NCBI GenBank assembly: GCA_004431415.1
Contig: QPMI01000567.1
Coordinates: 1 to 64,000, forward strand
Length of the DNA: 64,000 bases
Source of the DNA: Cyanophora paradoxa CCMP329
Taxonomy: Eukaryota > Plantae > Glaucophyta
Direction of reading: 5' to 3'
How positions within the stretch are numbered: the first letter of the stretch is position 1; the number at the start of each line of letters is the position of its first letter. The notes beneath the pieces are model-generated. The model searched no databases and was not told where the DNA came from. It saw only the letters and a list, made by a program, of their open reading frames with translations. Of this stretch, positions 1-10,400 are shown piece by piece. The translations under genes were made by a program, and so were the position numbers.

Positions 1-228
1 TTGCCTTTTCTGTTCGCGATATTCTTCATTTTCCCTGTATTTCCTCTGGTGTCTGAGGGCAATCTTTTTGAGTTCTTCTGGTGTGTGAACTGTAGCGGCT
101 CCTTGGGATAATCGTTCCTCCTTCTTTTTATGATAGGCTTTCGCGTTTTCTTTGGGCATCTTGCTCCCTTTTCAGTCTCAGCTTCTCTGTTTTTCATCAT
201 CTGTGAGTATCTTGCGGATATTCGGCAT
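1..228 (-). CDS. Small basic hypothetical viral protein (frameshifted, runs off the window)
   Basis: ATG at 228 (MPNIRKILTDDEKQR…). Downstream frame reads ELKKIALRHQRKYRENEEYREQKRQ, resembling AIRHILAMQKRYREDPAYREYKKQQ in the adjacent ORF. Confidence 0.4.
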
Positions 229-274
229 TTCTCTTTAATAGTAGATACGAAAAATAATTTTTCCTCAATACAAC

Positions 275-625
275 CTATCTACTTTTTCTTAAGTCATTTT
301 TTGCGGTCAACACCAGTTCCTGTCTGTAAAGTTTTATAGCTGCCTCAGTGGCATACTGAGACCGCTTTTTCTCAATTATCTTATAGACCTGGGGGTCCAT
401 TGCTACTTTCAGTAGGCAATAATATTTAATCGGGTCTTCCTCTGGGTCTCTGCTCCTCTTTTTGGGCTTTTCTGCGATAATAGGATGCCAGGCTTGCTGC
501 TTTTTATACTCTCTATATGCTGGGTCCTCTCTATATCGTTTCTGCATTGCTAGAATGTGTCTAATAGCACCCTCAGTTAAAGGCTCATCACTGGTAAACT
601 CGATCAAACTAATAGTGTCCTCCAT
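275..625 (-). CDS. Hypothetical basic viral protein, 116 aa
   Basis: Intact ATG-initiated ORF in the co-oriented minus-strand viral gene run. Confidence 0.65.
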   Translation of the reverse strand: MEDTISLIEFTSDEPLTEGAIRHILAMQKRYREDPAYREYKKQQAWHPIIAEKPKKRSRDPEEDPIKYYCLLKVAMDPQVYKIIEKKRSQYATEAAIKLYRQELVLTAKNDLRKSR

Positions 626-881
626 TTATATTCCCAGAGAAAACGTTTTCACCAGGTAAAGAACTTCTCCTTGGATACTCCTGTTGCTCATATGTATACT
701 CTGTGGGGTCTGCTGGCATTGACTCCACAGAAACTGTAGACCTCCTTCTCTCTCTTGCTTCTGAGGCATTATCCTCATTATCTGACATCTCAAACTCCAC
801 TGTTGTCTCACAACATCCACTGTGGCAATTGCTCACCACATGCAGACTGAACATCTCGAAGAACTTTCGTATTATGTCCAT
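609..881 (-). CDS. Hypothetical viral protein, 90 aa (CHSGCC motif, acidic)
   Basis: ATG-initiated ORF with an AT-rich leader, co-oriented with its neighbours. Confidence 0.55.
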   Translation of the reverse strand: MDIIRKFFEMFSLHVVSNCHSGCCETTVEFEMSDNEDNASEARERRRSTVSVESMPADPTEYTYEQQEYPRRSSLPGENVFSGNINGGHY

Positions 882-903
882 ATCTCTAATAAAACAGAGA
901 TAA

Positions 904-1269
904 TTAAAGCCAAACTCGTCTTTTATATACTGTTGGGGCTCCCTTTTCTACTTCAGCTTTGGTGGCACCAGGTTCAATGGTTCCCTTTTGGGTTTTGTTT
1001 TCATTTCATCTACTGCCTGCTCATCGATTTGGTCTCTTTCTTAGCAATAAACTGTTTATCTGGGACACCAGTAATGCCCATTTTATAAACTTCCTTTCGA
1101 AGCATCTCCTTTAGCTTGGCTCTCTCTTTCTTCTCAGTAACATACTGCTCCAAGGCACTTGATTTGGCTTCCAGATCTTTGAGTTTAGCAGTCATCTCAT
1201 CCCATTGAGCCTTGGGAATTCGATGAATATTTTGAGTGGGAGCAGTCTTTATGTGACTTCACCAGCCAT
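904..1269 (-). CDS. Lys-rich coiled-coil hypothetical viral protein (frameshifted; includes ORF 1010-1195)
   Basis: ATG at 1269. Frames join as MAGEV…KTAPTQNIHRIPKAQWDEMTAKLKDLEAK…EMKTKPKREPLNLVPPKLK…RRVWL*. Confidence 0.5.
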
Positions 1270-1293
1270 AGACTGATTACCTTGTCTGATTCT

Positions 1294-1629
1294 TTACTGA
1301 ACCTCACCTTTGCGAGCCAGTGATAGATCTTGCAAGCCTAGACCTTTATCATCAGCAGCTCCAATAATTCGCCTGGCACCCTCAGCAACAGCCTTCATTT
1401 TCGAAGCTTCTGGTGATATATTGAGTTGGTCAGCAGTTGAACTTTGTGGGGCTTTGTCATCGACTGATTCCTCATAGGCAGCATTTAGGGGGTCTTCTTG
1501 GGGTTGTGAGGGTTTGATTTCGTTCATACCATTGAATTTCATTGGTTCAGTGTTAATAGATCCATTGTTTCCACCACCTGAATAGCCAACAGCCCCAGCT
1601 GGGATCCCTATTTTTCGTTTGGGAGGCAT
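1294..1629 (-). CDS. Hypothetical viral protein, 111 aa, with N-terminal NLS-like PPKRK
   Basis: Intact ORF beginning MPPKRKIG; leader AATAAAGATACA-ATG. Confidence 0.65.
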   Translation of the reverse strand: MPPKRKIGIPAGAVGYSGGGNNGSINTEPMKFNGMNEIKPSQPQEDPLNAAYEESVDDKAPQSSTADQLNISPEASKMKAVAEGARRIIGAADDKGLGLQDLSLARKGEVQ

Positions 1630-1649
1630 TGTATCTTTATTAGAATGAG

Positions 1650-2419
1650 AGATAATTTTATAAACCGCGTTTATATCGCATCAATTTATTGCTATGGACT
1701 TGGCTTTTCACTTCTTTGGGGGCTTCCTCTTTCTCTGGTGGTTTCAGTTCATCTTCTTTCTTTTTTGGCTTTCTGTGGAAGCGAGGAAATGGGAAGTCTT
1801 TACAAGCTCAGCTTTATCTACAAGTATTTAACTGAGTAGCCAGCAGAGGACCAAACGATATACTGATAGGAGTGACATACTCTTCAAACATTGTAAAAGT
1901 CCTCTTGTTTCGCATTATATTGTATTCTTCCTCTATGGCTTCAAGTTCTTTGCGATTAGCAGCACTCAGAAAAGCATAATCAGAATTAACTCGAATAGTG
2001 AAGAGACTTTCTGAGTTTGTGTGATGCAGATAATGGATATTTTCGAATGCCCCTACTGTACAGAGATGACACCACTTGTCTCTGGTTAATCAATTATCTC
2101 ATTATCAATTAAATCATCTAAAAAACACACATGTGGTTGACAGGTTCACCTTTTCGATTTTCTCCTGCCTTTCATCCAAAAGCTTTGAAATGTAACCGGC
2201 ATCCCATTTACCAAGTTCTACTGTTGCAACCTCTCTCCAGAAATGATTGAAGCTGGTCCCACTCACAACTAGACAACATCAATAACTTTGGCATCATGTA
2301 TATTGCTTTAACCAATACTTTACACATTCGCTTTTTCCCGTACAACTTTTGCCTATAAAAATGGCTCTGAAAACACCTTTAATCATTTCAGAGACATTAA
2401 ACTCTTCTAAATCTTGCAT
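1650..2419 (-). CDS. A32/FtsK-HerA family genome-packaging ATPase (several frameshifts; missing from the ORF track; 3' end approximate)
   Basis: Manual translation: MQDLEEFNVSEMIKGVFRAIFIGKSCTGKS (Walker A), then HMCVFLDDLID (Walker B), then HSKISIICITQ and IRVNSDYAFL, typical A32 motifs. Lies directly beside the capsid gene. Confidence 0.88.
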
Positions 2420-2478
2420 TGTTGTAGATCTTCCTAAATAAAGACAGATAAAAATAATGCAGGGAGACTGAATATGGT

Positions 2479-3834
2479 CTATAAATTGATTCTACGAACA
2501 CCTGAACCGTCTATAATGAGGAAATTATGCATTAAAGCGCGAACTTGAACATTGATTGTCTTATCTGTGGGCATGTAGAGTGTGAGGAATGAAGATGAGG
2601 AATTTGTCAGGTCAACAAATCCACTTTGAGCAATATTTCGAATCGCCTTCTCTCCATCAATGCAGAAACTTAAACCTGAAAGGACATATTTATCTGCAAC
2701 CTTATCCATGTTAGAGCATTGAATGCATCAGCAATTAGCTCAGCACCTTTGAGTAGGGAAATTGGCTCAGTGCATAAGTCGTTGTCCATAATTTCAACAG
2801 TGAAAGTAATATCTTTGGAGTTGGCATAGGTCTTAAGAACACTGTGGGAGCCATTGGATTTGTCAACAGTCTCATATCACGAACTGAAACAGCAGAGCAT
2901 AGACAAGACCTGAGATTTGAGAGAGGTTAATTCGATTGGGCTGGGCATTGCCCTTGGCAGGGAAAGCAATGGCATCTACAAATCCAATATCAAGGGAGGG
3001 AATAGCCATGCCAGTTGTCTTAACCTTTTCAATGACAGTAGCGAAAAGCTCATCAGAAACATTAATAGCATGCATGTAAGGCGAGGAGAAGTAATTGAAA
3101 TAGCAGGGGTTGTTGCACCAAGACTGAAAGTGTGATGTTTTGACCAACATGGCAAGTGTAGCATTAGCAGTATCACCAAGACCATCATCTTCTGTCTTAT
3201 CAGCAGCTGTCCCACCAACAACAGGGAGAGAGCGACCACCATAGGAAGTTTCAACATAACCCTTTCCAGCATCCTTAAACCAAACAGTAACAACCATTTC
3301 ACCAGATAAAGCACCAAGGGGAAGATAGTGATTTAGCCAAGGCACTGGGATCTCAACGAAAAATGAGCCACCAAGTCGGTTGGTTCCATGAGCAGGGATA
3401 CCATGAACCATGCCCATTGAGCGTTTCTTTTTAGCTAGTTGATCCTCCGAATAATAGACCAGGGGAAATGAGCAAGGAAATCAGAAGGGATGTGGTAGGT
3501 GTAAGATCCATAGGTAATTTCAAGTCGCTGAACTAAAGCACCAACTGGGCGAGTGTATCCATTGCGAACTAGATCTTCACCAGCAAAAGTGATGGCTGGA
3601 AGGTCGAAAGCAAGTTCGAGTTTTCCACAGAAATTGTAGCGAGGTAGCTGAAGGAAATGCGATTTCCAACATTATTCTCAAAAGTATTGCTGGGATTCAC
3701 AACAACTAGAACTGGCTTAGACTTGGATTCGAGACCAAGCATAGGGAGTTATCCAGGAAAAAGGCTTTCGCCTCCTCTGGGGTTGTTAGGGCTTCTTTCA
3801 GCGAAAGTCTTTGAAGAGTGGAAGTGATATCCAT
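2479..3834 (-). CDS. Double jelly-roll major capsid protein (~450 aa, split by frameshifts; includes ORFs 2872-3417 and 2479-2709)
   Basis: ATG at 3834. Motifs LPRYNFCGKLELAFDLP, VGALVQRLEITYG, FFVEIPVPW…LPLGAL…VVTVWF, SGFVDLT and VRALMHNFLIIDG parallel the conserved blocks of NCLDV/PLV capsids. Confidence 0.85.
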
Positions 3835-3887
3835 TATATTCTCTTTTATTATACTGCAACATAAAAAATCTACCAATGATCCTTAAT

Positions 3888-4897
3888 TTATGCGAAGTTT
3901 GTAATAACTGGATAGGAAGGGTGAAGCTGTGACATTCGCATCTTGAAGTATTCATAAACTGGGTCCCCAGCTGGCTCATCACCATAGCGAATTTCAAAGG
4001 TAAGATGAACAGGTTGACCCTCAAAATCAATTGGTTCATTAATAGCATTTACAATATCAACCGAGAAAGTGGATAATCCAACCTTTTTATTATAGTATTT
4101 GTAAAGTGGGTGAGCTTCTGTTGAATTGTAAACAACATGCTCACCATAGTCTTTATCAGGGACCACTATTTTGTGAAAGTAACCAGTCAGAAGACCATCC
4201 CCACATTGCACCAGATCACCCAGCTCCTTTACTCTCACAAACAAAACACTGTCCCTGGTCTTCTCAGGCTCAAAAGAAGATATAATGCCATTCACGCGAC
4301 CACCAGTAAAGATTCCATCAGTGAGAGCATCATAGACCTGTGATTGGATTGGGGAGTTACCATATCTTCCAGGATCAAGACCCAGCAGTCTAGCTGAACT
4401 CAACAGCTTTTGGATTGTTTGTTGGCTTGGGTTCACAGCTACTGAGAAAGCCAAGTAAAATGGTACTGCTGAGTGGAATATAATTCGTTTCAGTGATTCA
4501 TCCCATTTGCAGCGAATGGATGGTTGGGGATTTCTGCCTTCGAATTTAGAGTTAATTACATTCACCAGTTGCTGGTGGCTTTGGATGGGGTGTTTCGACT
4601 TATAATGAATTGTTTCCATTGTTCATAGTCAGCAGCTGGGCGAACTGTTGGAATTCCTGAGCTTCCAGCTCCAGGAGTTTGTTCAGAATAATAAATGCTA
4701 AATGCATTGTCAACTGTCACATCTCCTGCTTTGGTTTCACCACTCACCATAGGGATACTGTTATAAAATTCGGCTGAGACCAGTCTCACAGCCCTCACAT
4801 TCTCATAACTACTGGGGAGTCTAGCCACAAAGCTTGATGTGGGACCATCACCAGAGATTGTATTAAATGAGCTAACCTCGATGTAATCCACAGGCAT
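3888..4897 (-). CDS. Minor capsid (penton) protein 1, single jelly-roll (one frameshift near 4,600 joins ORFs 4562-4897 and 3888-4619)
   Basis: N-terminal YIEVSS…FVARLPSSYENVRAVRLVSAEFYNS and C-terminal LSTFSVDIVNAINEPIDFEGQPVHLTFEI match the penton consensus. Confidence 0.8.
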
Positions 4898-4926
4898 TCT
4901 TCTTTTATCTATATTTATATATTAAA

Positions 4927-5859
4927 ATGAACCGGCTCGTTAATATTGATAGCAGGGATAGAAGCCAAGGACAAAATGAAAACTCTTACAGGGTCACCCT
5001 CACAACTCCAGTAGAGAGACCAAGGGAATGTAGGGTTCTCTATGCAGAGATTCCAAACAGTATCTATAACAGTGTGGGAACTGATCATCTAACAGTTCAG
5101 TTTAATTACCAAGATGGTTCATATAACCAAGTGATCACACAACAAGTGTATCCCCTTCCCAGTGGCTACATCAATCAGGGTCATTTTGGGGTCACACACC
5201 CTTATAATTATGGGCTGAACTATTCAAGCTTCCAAACTATTGCAGGCAAAACAGTAGCTTTTGAGTTCAAGATATTCTACAACCCAACAACCTATAAAGT
5301 GGAGTTTTACAGTAACCATGAGTTTCGTTTTATTGCAAGCAACCAGAGAATAGGAAAGCTTTTGGGTGTAAGTTCTACTGAATACACTAATGGGTATTAT
5401 AGCACTCCTCCTGTTGGTGGATCTCCATATCGACCTGAGAACCTTTTAAAGTATGATGGCAAACCTATTACACCTGATCACCCAGCATGGGGAATCACCT
5501 TCTCAGGACCCAGACTCTCCTCAAAGCCCTTGCAGTATTATTTCACCAGTAATAAGATGTCTGATATGAATGCTGAGCAGTATCTGTACATGCATATTAA
5601 AGAGCTAGCCCCCTTTGCCAGCAGACACAATATAATTCCGAAATCGCAACCACACAACCAGGGGGCTATCCTTAGATTGCAATTGAGTAAAGATATAGGT
5701 GGCTATGTTTACCATAGTGGTGAACATGCAGAATTTATTCAAATCAATGACAGAAACCTGGTGATAAGGGAACTCACTGTGGAGTTTAAAGATTACTTTG
5801 GTGAACTGATTGATATGAATGGAATCGATAATTCGTTTCAGTTGGAGTTTATCGAATAA
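4927..5859 (+). CDS. Minor capsid (penton) protein 2, 310 aa
   Basis: VNIDSRDR N-terminus, AEIPNSIYN, YLYMHIKEL and C-terminal LTVEFKDYFGELIDMNGIDNSFQLEF. Confidence 0.85.
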   Translation: MNRLVNIDSRDRSQGQNENSYRVTLTTPVERPRECRVLYAEIPNSIYNSVGTDHLTVQFNYQDGSYNQVITQQVYPLPSGYINQGHFGVTHPYNYGLNYSSFQTIAGKTVAFEFKIFYNPTTYKVEFYSNHEFRFIASNQRIGKLLGVSSTEYTNGYYSTPPVGGSPYRPENLLKYDGKPITPDHPAWGITFSGPRLSSKPLQYYFTSNKMSDMNAEQYLYMHIKELAPFASRHNIIPKSQPHNQGAILRLQLSKDIGGYVYHSGEHAEFIQINDRNLVIRELTVEFKDYFGELIDMNGIDNSFQLEFIE

Positions 5860-7402
5860 AGGCACCTGTGAAATCAACTCTCATTGTGGGAGCATTCACA
5901 TACACAAGGGATAAATGCGAATATATTTGATTCTGAGAGAGAAACCTATGTAAAAAGCATCCTTGATGCTTAGAGGAAATCCACTCAATAGAGCCACATC
6001 ACCAGAGTTGTGAGCATTGTTAATGTTCTCACAGACATATATTTTGTTTTGCCCATCTGATCGAATAAAAGACCAGTTGATCCATCAGTGGATGTTGCCA
6101 CATTGAAAGTCTTAATAAAAGCATTTGTTTCCCCTGATCCATAGGCAATCACAGAAGAGAGTTCAAAAGTATATGGAAAAGCAACTTGTAGGTATTCAGT
6201 GGGGTTTCCCATATCTGTTCAGGAGCATAGGCTCCAGCTTCCCAGCCAAATGCTGAAGGTCTTGCCATGAAAGGCTCTTTACCTGTCACAGAGGATGAGG
6301 CAGTAAAGGCATCATCTGCAAGCTGATACCAATTGGCATCCAAAGGAGGTGATGTAGTGAGAGTGGATGAAATGTAAGCCTTTGAAGGGTTCTTTAGTTC
6401 ATAGTTTGCTACTAGAAGGCTGCAAAGCTTATTTATCATATCATTGTTTGCTGCTATGTATGTTTCAGTGAATGCTAGCATATCTGGGATCTTAGAAGTG
6501 TCATCAAGGGAGCTTACTATGTGATTTGGAAGTGGGACTGATAGCCTATAGTATCTCCCATAATCCTGATCATAGTTGTAGGGTAACAACTCCTCCATCT
6601 TATCAAGGGCAGAAAGCTCACTTGCAGCCATGAGCATGTTAATCAATGGGCTTCCATCTGTTGAGGCAATCCATGAGAGAATGCCCCAGCTGTTTACAGT
6701 CTCATAAGCATAACCCACATAATCAGACTCTAAATGTGGGTCCACCTCACCACAAGAGATACTTATTACTATAATATCATCATCATCACTGTAAATCTTC
6801 TTTGCATGGCTGTAACCACACACACTGGGATTATTGTTTCCCGAAATGGCACCATCAATGAGACAGACAAATACTCCCCGATTGAAATCAACAATGCTTA
6901 CAGGAGAGAAATATGTAGGAGCAGCAGAAGTAGCCCTAGCAGCAATCTTACAAGGCATAAAGTTGTAGTTGTTGTCATTTGTGATAAATATTGGTTTCAT
7001 ATTCTGAGTATCAAAGGATGTAATCACAATGTCCTTTAGGGAATCCTGTATTAGTGATTCACCAGTAACTGAATTGATTGCAGTCTCCAAGGGTCCCACA
7101 TCATACTTTGTATTAAAAAGGGCATTTTCGATTATATTTCGAGGATTTGCGAAAATCAAGGGCAGTTGAGTTAGGTAAATATTGTGTAAATCGTTTGCTG
7201 TCAGTTTAGGTTCACCTGGTTTATCAGGATGCCTGATATTCAAACCTATTGCAATGATCCCACCAGTGGAAGTTCCACTTACAAGATCCACAAGATCGAT
7301 TATTCTCCTGCCAGTTCGATTTTCGATTTCTTTTAGCAGCCTGGTTATGATAATGCCCCTTGCACCTCCCCCTGATAAAGACAGGCAGATTTTCAAGGGC
7401 AT
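5849..7402 (-). CDS. Patatin-like phospholipase fused to a C-terminal F5/8 type C (discoidin) domain (frameshifts after ~6,210)
   Basis: Patatin motifs GGGARG, GTSTG, ATSAAPTYF and DGA. C-terminal AFTASSS…ARP…W / EYLQVAF…VIAYG…FIKTFNVATSTDG / MRVDFTG fits a discoidin fold. Confidence 0.85.
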
Positions 7403-7445
7403 CTTTTACTTATCAGGAATTTTATAAATCCATATAGTAAAAGCC

Positions 7446-10400
7446 ATGAGCTTCAATTACCCACCCAATCTAGAAACCATTCAAGATGATAATGCAAGCA
7501 GCACCAAGCATGTGAACTTTGATAATATTAAAGTAAAGGGTTCAGTTTCAATTGACCACAGTTCCGATAATTCATCCAAGACTCAATCAAGGGAGCATGC
7601 TTTATCTGTGAATCAAACTGATCCAAATAAAGAAGATGTCAGTGTTGCTTTTAGTTTGGGTAATGTGAAAGCCAACCAAGTAGCAGAGATCAAAGCAACA
7701 AGAAGGAGACCTAGGAAACTGAAAACCAGTGGCACTCACCCAGATATACCTTCCAGGTTCGATAGTGGTCGATTGATTTTCAATGTTCAAGATGAGCAGG
7801 GCAAACAGAACACAGCTTTGCGAATTTACAATGAGGGCAGCACTGCAAAAGCTGAGGTCCCCCAAGTTTTGCAAGTTGGTCCTATTGCCAATACAAATCA
7901 GGTCTCCTACACAAATGATGTATACCCTAAGGATATTACATATGACTTTGCGAGGAATGAGCCTTTTGGTTTCTTTACTCCAAAAGATGTCCATCAAAAA
8001 AAGCCATCAATTACAATCAACAGTAGCCCCAGTCAACCAGTAGCAATCCATTTACATCCTGATTTAGTCGAAATGGATAGGCACCTTTTGCCTTTGTATA
8101 GCAATGTGAAAGACCTTGGAATTCGAACCAGGCAATGGCGAAATATCCATGGCAGCAATGTGTATGCAAATGGTGAGAAGCTTGTAAGTGAGAAGACCAT
8201 AAGAGAGATCTTTGAGTATTATGGACCTGTCCCAGTTCCCTTCCCTCTTCCATGGGATCCACCGGATTTAACACCGAAAAAGCAACCAGGCAGAGAGTAC
8301 ACAGCAACTGAAGATGTAGCCTTTGGGCAGCATATTGTGAGTTGGGAGCAAGTTCGCAATAAACCTATAATTGAACCCAGAAAGCAAATAGATGAGCAGT
8401 ATTTACCTCCTGAAGTCGATATATTAGAGCTTGATGAATATCAATTCGTTCCAGATGAGGAAGAGTATTTACCAGATGGTTTCGACCCACAAGAGTATGA
8501 ATATGATCAATATGACCCCAATGAGGAGGAGATACTACCAGATGGCTTAGATCCACAAGAGTTTGAGTATGAGCAGAACTATGAACCTGATGAGGAGTAT
8601 TTGCCAGATGGGCATGATCCACCAGCTGTTGATTATGAGCAACCTTATGAACCCCATGAGGAACTATTACCAGATGGATTTCGCCCAGAGATTTGGGAAT
8701 TCTTCCCTGATTGGGAGCAGATCAACAATAAACCAGCCAGATATCCACCAGAGGATCACAACCATGACTGGGATGAGATCTTAGGCAAACCTCAAAAGTA
8801 TCCACCAGAGGATCACAGGCATGATTGGGGTGATCTGGATGGGATACCAGATAAGTTTGCAGCAAGCAACCATGAACACACTTGGGATGAGATCAATGAC
8901 CAACCAGAATTCGCAAAGGTAGAGCCTCTTGATAACTTGGGGGTTTCTCTTTATCAGACTTGTAATGTCCCTGAAAGAATCTTTTTGAATGAACACTATG
9001 TTCATGTGAATGGGACACTTGCGAATTCAGCTATGAGAGGACCACTTCATATTAGGACACTACCAGGCTCTTATAATCCACCACCTGAACCAGGAGCAAC
9101 CATACCAAATATCTTTGTGTCAAGCTACATGGAGGCTGACATTCCCACAGATACATTCAGAGTCCCAACAGACCCAGCAACCTACCAAAATTTCAACTCT
9201 GCTATACAGGTTCATGTAGCAGATGTAAGCAGTTTAGATGGCTCAAGACCAATGATAGTATTCAGCAGAGATAAATATTCGTATATTCCCATAGTGGGAA
9301 CTGCAAATGATAATTATGGGAGGGCAGAGCTTGCATGGATTAAAACCGATTATGGTGGGGTCCTGGAAGCCAATCAGAGGATGGCAGCAAAAAACATACA
9401 CAATGAAAATATTTCGAGAGTAGTCACAGAGGATTATTTAGAAGAGCAAGGATATATTGATGAAGGTGAACTCACAAATATTCTTTCTCTTTTTGTGATC
9501 AAAAATGACACAAACCTTACAGTCACTTCCAATATCTACACCAGTAACCTTTATACAAGTAACATTTTCACAAGTAACCTATGGGCAAGTAACATTTGGA
9601 CAAGAAAACTATGGGCAGATGATATTTACACAAGTAATCTTACAGTGTATCGAAATATAACAATTGGAACACAAAACACTATACAAATACTTTATAGACC
9701 TTACTATGCTGTTACTACTGTCATTGATCCAGCCCCAATTATTCCAAATTGTATATTTGCATGGAAAGCATCAGGTCAACATGGTCAGTTGATATATTAT
9801 CAAGGTCAGATATATAACAGAGTTACTACACAGATACCATATCTAACAAATTATTCGAATTGGGAAACTGTTTATTATTATTTGAATGCAACCCTAAACA
9901 ATCAAATTTCGATTGGGAAAGAATTAAACATGGCTTATAGGAATAGTGTTTCAATAGATTGGTCATTAGGTCTTACATTATTCTTTATAGGTAGGATCAA
10001 TACTACAAATCCTTCTTATATGTTGAGTATAAGGGATAGTTCTTATCAAAATTGGATTGGATATGGTTGTAAAAATCAAAAGTTTGGTGTTTCACTACAA
10101 ATTCAAAACGATATAGAAAATGCAACTCCTCCATTATTCGATGCATCATATATTTATAATTCGTGGAATTATTGGGATTTCACTGTTTCCTCAGAGCAAA
10201 TTGTCGTAGGAATGGGTGGTATTGATATTGGAACATCATCGGGTGATTTTCTTCCACCTTCTAATTTTGCATCATTTGGTTCTTCTGTTGCTAATGGAGA
10301 TCTTGCCGAAATTATCGTTTTCAATCGTGCGTTATCTATTGAAGAAAAGAACGCGGTTAGATATTATATACAATTATTGTATGGATTTCCAAATACGCAG

